Positions 11,247 to 23,359 of a stretch of DNA of 64,000 bases are shown here, piece after piece. The stretch covers positions 117,986,001 to 118,050,000 of the forward strand of contig OZ024742.1 of assembly GCA_964016885.1 (NCBI GenBank), given 5' to 3'. The notes beneath the pieces are model-generated. The model saw only the letters and a program-made list of their open reading frames with translations. It did not search any database and had not been told where the DNA came from. The stretch is from Eledone cirrhosa. Taxonomy: Eukaryota. Each line of letters begins with the position of its first letter. Position 1 is the stretch's first letter. The position numbers and the translations under genes were made by a program.

Positions 11247-13625
11247 TGCTAAATCAATACCACCCAAGGAGGAAGTGCAAGAATTCTGGGAAAAGATCTG
11301 GGCCGAAGAAAAAGTTCATAACATACATGCCCCATGGATAGACAGACAAATGAAAGAAACATCTCACCTTGAAGAACAAACATGGGAAAATATAACAGTT
11401 GAACAGCTGCGCTTGGCTCTAAGAAAAACCAGCAAATGGAAATCCCCAGGAAAAGACAAAATACAAAACTTTTGGATAAATGCCTTCACAGAGTCTCATG
11501 AGCTGTTAGCCCAACTTTACAATGAAATAGTTAAGGAGCCAGAAAAGATACCATCATGGCTAGTTAACGGCATTACATTCCTGCTACCGAAGAATGATGA
11601 GACAAACAATCCCAAAAATTACAGACCGATAACCTGCTTGACCACAATGTATGAAATTTTAACATCAGTCCTAACTGAATACACATATGACCACCTGATA
11701 ACAAATGACCTATTTCCCATTGAGCAGAAAGGGTGTAAACGAGGCTCATATGGCTGTAAGGATCAGCTTCTGGTTAACAAAATGATACTGGAAGATTGTC
11801 ATAATAGACACAAAAATCTATCGATTGCTTGGATAGATTATAAAAAAGCATTTGATAGTTTGCCACACAGTTGGATTGAAAAATGTTTAGAGATTTTCAA
11901 AATATCCCCCGTTATCAGGAGGTTTTTGTCATTCAGTATGAGGACATGGAGAACGACACTCCTTTTGAATAGTGAAACAAAATCACTGGAAGCTGGAGAA
12001 GTTAACATTAATTGTGGAATTTTTCAGGGTGACTCTTTATCACCGCTTTTATTCTGCATCGCACTTATACCATTAAGTAAAATGCTCAATGAAACAAAAC
12101 ATGGATATAGAGTCTATGACAAAACCATTAATCACCTGTTCTACATGGATGACCTGAAACTATTTGCAAAAAATGATGAACAATTGCAAGGGCTATTATC
12201 CACTGTGAAGCAGTTCAGTGATGACATTAAAATGGAGTTTGGACTGGATAAATGCGCCAAAGAAACGTTCACCAGAGGAAAGCTGCTGAAGAGTTCAGAC
12301 ATTAATCTTGATCGGGGGAACGTGATAAGAGAGCTTGATCAAGAACAAACTTACAAATATCTAGGTGTTTGTGAAGGAGACGGAATCAAGCACTCGACAA
12401 TGAGGGAAAGGATAAGGAAGGAATGTTACCGCAGAGTCAGAGCAATCTTAAGAACGGAATTGAATGCAAGGAATAGGATCGATGCCATAAACACGCTTGC
12501 CATACCAGTAGTAACCTACAGTTACAATGTCATCAACTGGTCAAGCACAGAGATCCGTAGGCTCGATACAAAAATCCGAAAATTCTTAACCATGCACAGA
12601 ATGCATCACCCTAAGGCAGACATAGATAGAATATATCTCCCTAGGAAAGAAGGAGGACGTGGGTTAATCCAGTTAGACATTGCGTTGAAAACTGCAACAA
12701 TTGGATTATCCACATATCTAAGGGAATCACATGATTGGATGAAAAATACCCAGAGCGAGCTAACAATCCTGATGTTGACAAAACTTTAACCCAACAGTGG
12801 TTGGCATCCTCTGGACTGAAATCGGAGACTGAAGGACTGATTATATCCGCACAAGATCAGTGTCTGCCAACAAAAAATTACCAAGCCAACATAATAAAAA
12901 ATGGGTGCAGCCCATTATGCCGTGTATGCAAAAAACAACCAGAGACCATTGACCATATAATTTCAATGTGCAGTCCTATAGCTCCAACCGAATACCTAAA
13001 CAGGCATGACAGAGCTGCACAATACATACATTGGATAATGTGCAAGCATTTTGACCTGCCCCATCAAAAGAATTGGTGGGAGCATCAACCACGTCCCATA
13101 CTTGAAAAAGATCACATCTCAATCTTGTGGAACTTTAGCATCCAAACAGACCGAAAAATAGATGCAAACAGACCTGATATAATATTGAAAGACTTTCAAA
13201 AGAGGGTATGCCTGCTAATTGATATGTCTGTTCCAATAGACAAGAATGTATCTATAAAAACATTTGAAAAATTGAGCAAGTATAAGGACCTGGAGATAGA
13301 AATTGGAAAAATGTGGAAATTGAGAACTAAAACAATACCAGTGGTTGTAGGCGCTCTGGGAATGATACCTAAGGGGTCTAACGACTACTTATCGCAAATC
13401 CCAGGAAACCCGCGTATAGGAGAAATACAAAAGATAGTACTAATGGGAACTGCCCATATACTAAGGAAGATCCTGTCAATATAAGTACATCACAAGTCTA
13501 AACACTAAGGATGCATGTGTGAATATGTGTGTTCTTTCTTGAACATGGCGGACCTTGTTGTCTCTTGAGGTCACTGGTTGTGACTTGGTGATAACTCGTA
13601 TAAACATAAAGCAAGATAAATACAA
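11243..13625 (+). mobile_element. Dong/R4-clade copy 2, 5'-truncated, near-identical to copy 1
   Basis: Aligns to copy 1 from 8593 onward with scattered substitutions. Lacks about 208 bp (copy 1 10093-10300) at about 12742, causing a frameshift. Keeps the native ...RKILSI* end and the same 3' UTR. Confidence 0.93.
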
Positions 13626-13646
13626 ATAATAATAATAATAATAATA

Positions 13647-14183
13647 ATCCACTGGCACCTGTGCAAAGTAAACAATCTACCACATTCTGAGAAATGGTAT
13701 GAGCATAGGCCAGAGGCGGTGATGGAGAACAATCAGGTGAAGGTGCTGTGGGATTTTAGGATACAGACGGACAAAAAACTGGAACACAATAGACCTGACC
13801 TGGTGGTTGTGGACAAAGAAAAAAGATCGTGCCTGATTGTGGATGTGGCCTGCCCGTTCGACACGAGAGTGCAAGAGAAGGAGAGGGAGAAAATTAACCG
13901 ATACCAGGACCTAAAGTGGGAGGTGAAAAGGATTTGGAACTGCCATGAAGTCAAAGTGATCCCGATTGTCATAGGCGCACTGGGGACTATCTCCAAAAGT
14001 TTCCAGGGATGGTTAAAGAAAATCGGCCCCTTCACGCTTTTTGGAACGCTTCAAAAGGCATGCTTGCTTGGAACAGCAAGAACCCTCCGATACGTCCTGA
14101 ATATCTGAGGCTGCAGGTAGTGGCTTGATATTCAATCCAACGCACTTTCCAGTTAACCAACATCAATGACTGAGATTCAAGGA
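13647..14183 (+). mobile_element. 3' fragment of a second, divergent Dong/R4-family element (RLE domain)
   Basis: IHWHLCK..KWYEHRPEAVMENNQVKVLWDFRIQTDKKLEHNRPDLVVVDK..IVDVACPFD..RYQDLK..IPIVIGALG..ACLLGTARTLRYVLNI*, followed by a (TAA)n then (GAA)n tail. Confidence 0.9.
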
Positions 14184-14194
14184 ATAACAATAAC

Positions 14195-14226
<32 letters not shown>

Positions 14227-14251
14227 GAAGAAGAAGAAGAAGAAGAAGAAG

Positions 14252-14935
14252 ATAGGACTTGTCTCTATAGCAGGATGTTCTTGTGGATAATGTTGCATGC
14301 CTTTGTATTTCTTGGATAGTGTGCTGAGATGTAGGCTAAAGTATTCGATGAATCTGAAGTTATTTTTGTTTATCGTATTTTTTTAATGCCTGTGGCTTTG
14401 GTACTTTTTATTTTGTTGTCTATTAATAGTGATGGATACTGTCTTTCGAATAGAATTTCTTTTAGTTCTTGGAGTCTTTTATTCCGAGTTTCATAATTTG
14501 AGACAATTGTACAGATTTTTCTTGCTAGATTAAATTGAATATTTGTCTTAGTGTTTTTCGGATGGCTTGAGCTGAATAATAAGTATTGTCCAGGATCTGT
14601 TGGGTGTGGTGAATGTCAGTTTCAATATTTGTGTCTATGTTATGATTATTTTGTGAATTGGATGATGTTACTATTGATGATGTTGATTCTTTTTATAGAA
14701 CAAAATTATCGGACGCAGTCTATGCGATGTTATCTGTTACATTTTTATTCCTAGAAATTCATGAATTAATTGTTTAGGTCAAGTGTGTGTATCAACAGAA
14801 TAGGTCAGTCATCCAAGTAGCGTTTACAAGTTTATAACAAATATTTGTGGAAATCCAAGTCATATTTTAATCTGGATTGTTCATATATCTGAACTTCCAG
14901 GTATTTGCTGTATTTTTACCAGTGTGTGATATACT
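14252..14935 (-). mobile_element. Decayed Penelope-like RT/thumb fragment
   Basis: Minus strand reads PTDPGQYLLFSSSHPKNTKTNIQFNLARKICTIVSNYETRNKRLQELKEILFERQYPSLLI, matching the PLE K-P-T-D..YL...S.HP thumb motif. Interrupted at about 14687-14762 by a piece of the repeat also seen at 23367. Confidence 0.75.
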
Positions 14936-14964
14936 AATAAATTTTACTTTAAAATATATATATA

Positions 14965-14982
14965 TGTATGTGTGTGTGTGTT

Positions 14983-15064
<82 letters not shown>

Positions 15065-15219
15065 TGTGTGTATGTGTTTGTTTGTGTGTGTGTGTATGTG
15101 TGTGCGTATGAGTGTGTGTCTGTGGCTGTATATGTGTTTGTTTGTGTGTATGTGTGTGCGTGTGTGTGTGTGTGTATGTTAGTGTATGTATGTGTGTGTG
15201 TGTGTGTGTGTGTGGGTGT

Positions 15220-15310
<91 letters not shown>
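14965..15310. repeat. (GT)n compound microsatellite
   Basis: Read directly. (GA)n follows at about 15636-15784, and many (TA)n, (CA)n and (TATG)n tracts occur throughout the window. Confidence 0.95.
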
Positions 15311-15313
<3 letters not shown>

Positions 15314-15626
15314 TTATGTATTTGTTTGTCTGTGTGTACACTCTCTTGTAGCAGCCATCCCAATATAGTGAATATTCTATCTCGATCAGCTCCGATATAT
15401 TGAATATATTGCATTATCTATAGTACTGTTGCCAATGTGTTCTTAAATCGATATCGTATGATAATATTCAGTTATCGATTAAATACCGTTTTCCAGAAAT
15501 ACTTTATATTCGAACAGTTTGAGTGTTTTCGCACACCAGTGAACCTGTGAATACACGTGTAATATGAGTATATACTATTACAACATGAATGAGTTACACG
15601 TGAGAGACGGGCTGAAAAGAAAAATA

Positions 15627-15787
<161 letters not shown>

Positions 15788-16159
15788 AAAAGAATGAGTG
15801 TAGTGTGTGTTTGAATATATTACACTATACCAGACAAACATATACTATATACCTGTTAAGGTGTGTATTTGTACGTGAAGGGAAGACTAAGAAAAATAAA
15901 AGTGAGAATGTGTAAGAAAACGAGAATGATAGTATGTGTGAGTATGTATACGTTTATGTGTGTGCGCGCGCGCATAATTCCTAGAAACAACTCCTGGAAA
16001 CTTCATATGCGTGTAGAATATCAGGAAGTAGCGATTTCGATAGCCTCTAAGCTACACTAGTCCCAGTAACTTATAAGGCATTACAAGTCAACGAAACGTA
16101 AACGAAGCAGTATTAAAGCTACTTACAGGGGTAAGTTTTAAATATGTCTATTTAAAACA

Positions 16160-16375
16160 AAAGTTAAAGTCCGTCCTGAGCCCGGAAGCACATCAGACCG
16201 GTATTTATCGTGGTTTCATTGGCATTGACTAAGAGTGTACAAGTTCTGGAGAAGACTTTCATTTTCAGTTGAATGGACTGCAGCAATGTGAAATGACGCG
16301 TCACCTATTCCACACCTCTAACCCACGATATTGCGATCGTAGGTCTAATACCCTAACTCCTAGGCCATGCGCCTT
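16160..16375 (-). mobile_element. tRNA-derived SINE, second family, diverged
   Basis: Reverse complement begins AGGCGCATGGCCTAGGAGTTAGGG (A-box-like) and resembles the copy at 55350-55630. Confidence 0.6.
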
Positions 16376-16564
16376 TACCTAGTGCTAATTTAAAATTACG
16401 TTGACTAGGGGCTTTGAAAATAAAATGTTTTAGTAAAAGACGGTGATGAATAGATGCAAACAATAAACAGGTTGACACCCAGCGATCGTTTTCAATTACA
16501 GTTCAGTATATACTCGAATAACGATTGTCCTAATATTGATTTATAATCCAAGTTCAAAGCTAAC

Positions 16565-16733
16565 AAATTTGAGAGACGGGCAATGTTTATTAAATAAACC
16601 CCAGTAATTGATTGGTACTTTATTTTATCGACCCCGGAAGGACGAAAGGCAACTTTAACTTCGGTGGGATTTGAACACAAAACGTAAAGCATTTTGTCCG
16701 ACGCTTTAACGATTCAACCAACCCAACGCCACC
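16565..16733 (-). mobile_element. Dominant tRNA-derived SINE copy, diverged
   Basis: Same core (reverse complement of GTTCAAATCC..GCCTTTC..GGGGTCGATAAAATAAAGTACCA). An older copy lies at about 17105-17290. Confidence 0.75.
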
Positions 16734-17678
16734 CGAGAGTTCTAATATTGAATTAGGTTCACATTGAGCCGAGTTCTGCACCTGAAATTGACTGCTAACT
16801 GAACATCATTGTAAAAGAGTTGAACCTTACATATCCGACGACTCTTCCCTTTCAATATACGAATTATCTGTTTAAACAAATATAATAAATATTCATAGCA
16901 TTAAGTAAATTGAACAAATGTAGTAGGTATCTTGGGAATGTTATTTCCTTCACTTAAAATGTAAGGACATATGTCGAATTTGTAAAAACATCATTGGAAG
17001 TTAAAATGGAAAAAGTGCAATATAAACCCCGATCTAAATTGTGTGTCATTTATCAAACGACACAACAATAAAACTATATAATTCTTTCTAACATCGGAAC
17101 AAAACTGCGAATTTTAGAGGATGGGTTGGTCGGTTGAATCGATTCCAAAACTTGACTGGTATTTTATTTTATAGATCGTGGAAATATAAAAAGGAAAGTT
17201 GGATTGTGTGAGACTGGAAGTCAGAATGTAAAGGTCCGGAACAGACACCACGAGGCAATTTCTCCAACGGGCTAACGCCTTCGCTCACCCACAACAAACC
17301 TATATAATGCGATAGGATTTCGCTTGTAATATTTCTATATTGACCAGTGTACTATTATAAAATCAATATGACCGGATAAAACATCCTGTAAAATCTGGAA
17401 GTACAGATGCATACATTTCATATATATATTTCAACAAAACCAGGAATCAATACTAAACTGTAGTCTTCCAAAGAAAGGTCATCTTAACTATAACATCAAT
17501 GAGATTTTTAAAGAGAACAGCCGAACTCTTCAACCAGTTTTCTATTATATCTATATTTCCATCCAATCTTATGATCTAACTCTTTTACTGTTTCGTTATA
17601 TATACATACATATATACGTACACACATACATGCACACACACACACACACACACGCACGCACACACACACACACACATA

Positions 17679-17758
<80 letters not shown>

Positions 17759-18492
17759 TATATAATATGTATGTATATATATATATGTGTGCGCGCGCGT
17801 GTGTGAATGTATGTGAGTATGTATGTATAACAAGCCAGTAAAAGTGTTAGATCATAAGATGGATGGAAATATAGATATAATTTGCGTAGATATGTATATA
17901 TATATATATATATATACGCATACATATATCTACTTAATGTATGCGTATATATATATACATGTGTATGTGTGTGTGTGTGCGTGCGCGCGTGTGTGTATGT
18001 CTGCTTTTGTGTATGAAAATACATGATATATATTTTAATCCTAACACTGTTATAACACTGTTATAAATTGCGTTACTATTTTCACTCTATTTCTATGTAC
18101 ACTGGTCGTCTTTAAGTTTAACTAACTTAGATGAATGTTTTGCTGATGAGATCTCAAAAAAACAAAACAAACCCATTACCTTCACTAATTATCATTCAAG
18201 ACATGACCCACTCCGAACTACATTGTCTTTATTTAATGTAACTTTTGAGAAAACATATATAAAAAAAATAGCTGATATTATTTATCCTGCTTGCCTTGCT
18301 TCTATTACGATCTGAAACACTTACGGATGGAATTTTTATCTTCTTACTGCAAATTCTGAGCTGAAAATTTTCATCTCACTATATTACATATGTCAAGACT
18401 CAATCCTACATATATTACACACACTCAATCCTACATATATTAAACACACACACACACGCACGCACGCGCACACACACACGCACCCACGCACG

Positions 18493-18606
<114 letters not shown>

Positions 18607-19075
18607 TAATTGCAGTTGGGATATTGAAATTGAATCGCTGTCTGCTCAGCTAACTATGAATTTACCTCGACTAGTTTCTATTGACAAAGCAGAAGAATCT
18701 ATTTCATCTTAAGAGTGTGAGAAATAGCATAGTGGCGTTTATGCCTTTGCAAACGGCTTAGAGATGTAAGACAAATAAAAATAGCTACACAGATTACCTC
18801 TCTATCCTACGGCCATCACCATACAACGATGTAGCTATCACGAGAACAATCTTTCTTATGAAGGAAATACTATTATAGATAGACTTGTAAGCCTTTCACA
18901 ATCAGCCAGACGAGATCGTTTATTCTGATGTGTGGAGTCAATGCAACTGGTATATTGACAGTTAGGTGCCTTGATACGGCTTGGTTGTTGTTGTTGCTTC
19001 AACATTGAACATTAATAGATTTATTTCGTCCGACGGTGACGCCACAATTGTATCTTGTATAACAGAAGATAAGAA

Positions 19076-19130
<55 letters not shown>

Positions 19131-19161
19131 TATATATATATACACACATATCTATATATAT

Positions 19162-19257
<96 letters not shown>

Positions 19258-19448
19258 GAACGAGTAGGACCCCGACGGCTGAGCTCAAGCCGTTTCGACG
19301 GCTAATTCTGGAATTCCAGAATTAGCCGTCGAAACGGCTTGAGCTCAGCCGTCGGGGTCCTACTCGTTCCTATTACCCACTCTACTACCCTAAGTATTGA
19401 GTACTTTGGTGCGTTATGGTCCATCTGGTTCCTTACCACATCTCCTTC

Positions 19449-19452
<4 letters not shown>
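19258..19452 (+). mobile_element. PLE pseudo-LTR remnant with perfect 112-bp 5' palindrome, inserted in (TA)n
   Basis: 19258-19313 is the exact reverse complement of 19314-19369. Contains the hammerhead 3' half GTC-GAAACGGCT-tgagctc-AGCCGTC. Same family at 36757-36843, 59906-60092 and 60214-60392. Confidence 0.75.
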
Positions 19453-19489
<37 letters not shown>

Positions 19490-19491
19490 GC

Positions 19492-19544
<53 letters not shown>

Positions 19545-19830
19545 CATGTATGATAACGTGTAAGCTTTCACCTAACTGTCTGATGGAGCTGATGATTTAA
19601 CTAGCTTTCGGCAAGACGTCAAAATCAATTATTATTCTTTTCTCAGATTTTTTTTCTTTTATTGTTTCTTTATTTCTCTTTTTTATTTGCTTTCTATCTT
19701 TCTACTAACTTTATGTCTTCCATTCCTCCTTTCTTCATTTATTAGTTTCTTCTGCTTTCTCTGGGAACTTATTGCAAATGTAAAACCAATTCTTTCTTTA
19801 CACCCGTCTCTCTCCTCTTCACCATATAAT

Positions 19831-19862
<32 letters not shown>

Positions 19863-19889
19863 GAATATGTATATATGAATATATATATA

Positions 19890-20001
<112 letters not shown>

Positions 20002-20004
20002 ATG

Positions 20005-20060
<56 letters not shown>

Positions 20061-20089
20061 TATATATATATATGAATATGCATATATGA

Positions 20090-20132
<43 letters not shown>

Positions 20133-20739
20133 CATGCATATTTATGTGTGAGAGAGAAAAAGAGAGAGAGAGCGAGCGAGAGAGAGAGAGAGAGAGAGAG
20201 ATACAGAGAGAGAGGGTGGGGGAGAGTTTCTGTTTGGAGACATAAAGCCGGTGCCTTGATTTGCATACATTTATGTAAAAAAAAATGTAACTTAGCAATT
20301 CGATAAATTAAGTAGCAGACGAAGCACTTTCACTCGTTGAGCTGCATCCATGCTTTAAAGGTTTTAGACGGTCACATTGACACCAGTACTTATGGAGCCA
20401 GATTAAAAGCCGCGGTAATTGTTCTGGCTCATCGCGTTCTGAGTTCAAATCCCATGGATGTCACTATTGCTTTTCATTCTTTCGAGGTCGATAACATTAA
20501 CAGTTCAGTATTGTAATCGTTCCCTCTTCTATCTCATTTGTTCATCTTTGTCTCTTTGGAAAAATTAGCTTACATTCATATCAGGCAGAAACTAGGCTCC
20601 ACCAGATTTAAAATGCCCAAAACATGTCGTAATTTAAGATGGTGCGCCTTCAATTCCATTAGAAGAGAAGGACCCTTTACTTTCCTACTTATTTTATTGA
20701 ATCATTGCACCCAGGACCTGACATCACTTTATTATTATT

Positions 20740-20960
20740 GGTGGGTGGGTTGGCAGTATCAGTAGAGAGTCGGACACCATGCTTTTCAGCATAGAGTTAC
20801 GACCCTTTATGATCTGAGTTCAAATCCTGCCGAGGTTAACGTTGCCTTTCAGCCTTACGGGGTCGATAAAATAAAGTACCAGTCACGCACTGGGGTCAAT
20901 TTAATCGACTTTCCCCTCCCCCAAAATTGCTGGCCTTGTGTCTATATAAGAAACCATTAA
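20740..20960 (+). mobile_element. Dominant tRNA-derived SINE, near full length
   Basis: TGGCAGTATCAGTAG A-box-like head, GAGTTCAAATCC B-box, central GCCTTTCA..GGGGTCGATAAAATAAAGTACCAG domain and CTGGCCTTGTG..GAAACCATT tail. Confidence 0.85.
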
Positions 20961-21189
20961 TTAGAGAGACAGAACTTACGTTTTGGAAACGATAATTATT
21001 AACGATTGTTTCCATTGTTTTCTCTGAGATGCTGAAATTGAGATAAGTTTGTAGTTACCCAGGTTAGAGAGCTTACTTCTCTTTGAGATGAGACACACTG
21101 TGACACGTTTTCAAAGCACAAGGTAGATCATCATCAAGTGAAGTCAGATTTGCTGGTCTTGTGCCAAAAGTAGAAACAATTATCATTGA

Positions 21190-21410
21190 CGGGTGGATTG
21201 GCAGTATCGGTAGAACGTCGGACAACATAATTTGCAGCCTAGAGTTACGGCCCTTTACGTTCTGAGTTTAAATGCGTTGAGGTTAGGTTTGCCTTTCATC
21301 TATACGGGGTCGATAAATAAAGTACTAGTAACGCACTGAAGTCGATTTCATCGACTTTCTCCTCCCCTAAAATTGCTGGCCTTGTGCCTAAATCAGAAAC
21401 CATTATTATA
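21190..21410 (+). mobile_element. Dominant SINE, near full length
   Basis: Same consensus, ending GAAACCATTATTAT. Confidence 0.85.
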
Positions 21411-21414
21411 AGCA

Positions 21415-21853
21415 GTAGCGAAAGAGGTTGTGTGGTGGACCAGGTTGAAAGCACAAGCCTGACACTTTTCTCTTCGGCCAATCTCTCATAAATATTTTTG
21501 AGTTTCACTTGGAAAGGAGGTTGAAGGGGGATGAATGTGGCGAGAATGGCCCGTGTGAGTGGGCCTACTCTGATCATGCGCCTGTAGGTTGGTGAATTTG
21601 AGGAGGAGACGGCTGCCCTTCCCGGGTGATCTCTAAGAAGCGTCGGGTGGTTCAGGATTGGTGGAGTACCTGAATCAACCCTGGGTGGTTATCTCCTCTA
21701 TTGGGGGAATTTTCATTATTGTATTTTCTTTGTTATTGTTATTGTTTTCCTACTTTTTACCCGATTTTGTGTAAAACCCCAACTGTCCCCGTCTACTGTA
21801 TTGTCCCCTATATGAGGGTCCTTGTGGCCAATAAATGAAATCATTATTATTAC
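21415..21853 (+). mobile_element. 5'-truncated Tx1 3' end (relative of the 3798-7888 element)
   Basis: Encodes AKEVVWWTRLK..TFLFGQSLINIFEFHLERRL versus AKEIVWWTRLK..TYLFGDALIDFFKFHLKRKI in the long element. Ends CCTTGTGGCCAATAAATGAAATCATTATTATT. Sits directly after a SINE (ATT)n tail. Confidence 0.8.
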
Positions 21854-21857
21854 TAGT

Positions 21858-22058
21858 AGGGTGGTGGATTGGCCGTATCGGTAGAGGGTCCGACGCCATG
21901 TTTTCCAGCATAGTTACGTCCCTTTACGATCTGAGTTCAAATCCCGCCGAGGTTGACTTTGCCTTTCATCCTTACGGGGTCGATAAAATAAAGTACCAGT
22001 AATGCACTGGGTAATTGCTGGCCTTGTGCCGTGCCTAAAGTAGAAACAATTATTATTA
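21858..22058 (+). mobile_element. Dominant SINE, near full length
   Basis: Same consensus with clear B-box GAGTTCAAATCCCGCCG. Confidence 0.85.
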
Positions 22059-22814
22059 CTAGTAGTACTAGTAGTAGTAGTGATGGTGGTGGTTGTGGTG
22101 GTGTTGGTGGTGGTGGTGGTGGTGGTGGTGGTGGTAGTAGTAGTAGTACTAGTAGTAGTAGTGATGGTATGGTGGTGGTGGTGTTGGTGGTGGTAGTGGT
22201 GGTAGTAGTAGTACTAGTAGTAGTAGTACTAGTAGTAGTAGTGATGGTGGTGGTAGTGGTGGTGGTGGTAGTGGTGGTAGTAGTAGTAGTGTTGGTGGTG
22301 ATGGTGGTGGTAGTGGTGGTGGTAGTGGTGGTGGTAGTGGTGGTGGTAGTAGTAGTACTAGTAGTAGTAGTGATGGTATGGTGGTGGTGGTGTTGGTGGT
22401 GGTAGTGGTGGTGGTAGTAGTAGTACTAGTAGTAGTAGTGATGGTGGTGGTAGTGGTGGTGGTGGTAGTGGTGGTAGTAGTAGTATTAGTAGTAGTAGTA
22501 GTGATGGTAGTGGTGGTGGTGGTAGTAGTAGTAGTGATGGTGGTGATGGTGGTGGTAGTGGTGGTGGTAGCGGTGGTGGTAGTAGTAGTACTAGTAGTAG
22601 TAGTAGTAGTGATGGTGGTGGTGGTGGTAGTGGTAGTAGTAGTACTAGTAGTAGTAGTGATGGTGGTGGTGGTGGTCGTCGTCGTCGTGTGGTGGTAGTG
22701 GTGGTGGTAGTGGTGGTGGTAGTAGTAGTACTAGTAGTAGTAGTGATGGTGGTGGTTGTGGTGGTGTTGGTGGTGGTGGTGGTGGTGGTGGTGGTGGTGG
22801 TGGTAGTGGTAGTG

Positions 22815-22862
<48 letters not shown>

Positions 22863-22972
22863 ATGGTGGTGGTTGTGGTGCTGTTGGTGGTGGTGGTGGT
22901 GGTGGTGGTTGTAGTAGTAGTACTAGTAGTAGTAGTGATGGTGGTGGTGGTGGTAGTAGTAGTAGTAGTAGT
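22059..22972. repeat. Compound (GTG/GTA/GAT)n trinucleotide array, about 900 bp
   Basis: Read directly. The poly-Val ORFs here are artefacts. Confidence 0.95.
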
Positions 22973-23359
22973 TTCGTCTATATATTCATGTGTCTGTTCA
23001 TTTTTATATTTTACCTTATCATAGAAATATATGTTTGGCTTGCTTTCTACACGCCTTTACGCATTTTTACCGACAAGTCTCCAACTTCTTCCTTTCACAT
23101 TCCTATTGAACTGACCATCTCCAAACAAAATCACCTATTTTTCAATCTACTAAACTTAGTTTATATCACTCCCTCCTATATCCTTTGCAAACACTCCTCT
23201 TCTAACCCTTGACTTCTAACTCACTGCTTTTCACCCCTTACTATCTGCTCCCTTCCTCCATAACGAACATGCGCTTTGCGGAAATGTCGTGGCCATAAAA
23301 TGAGAATACGAATATATCTACATTATATATCTATCTCTTTCACTCTTTCTTATAACAAA

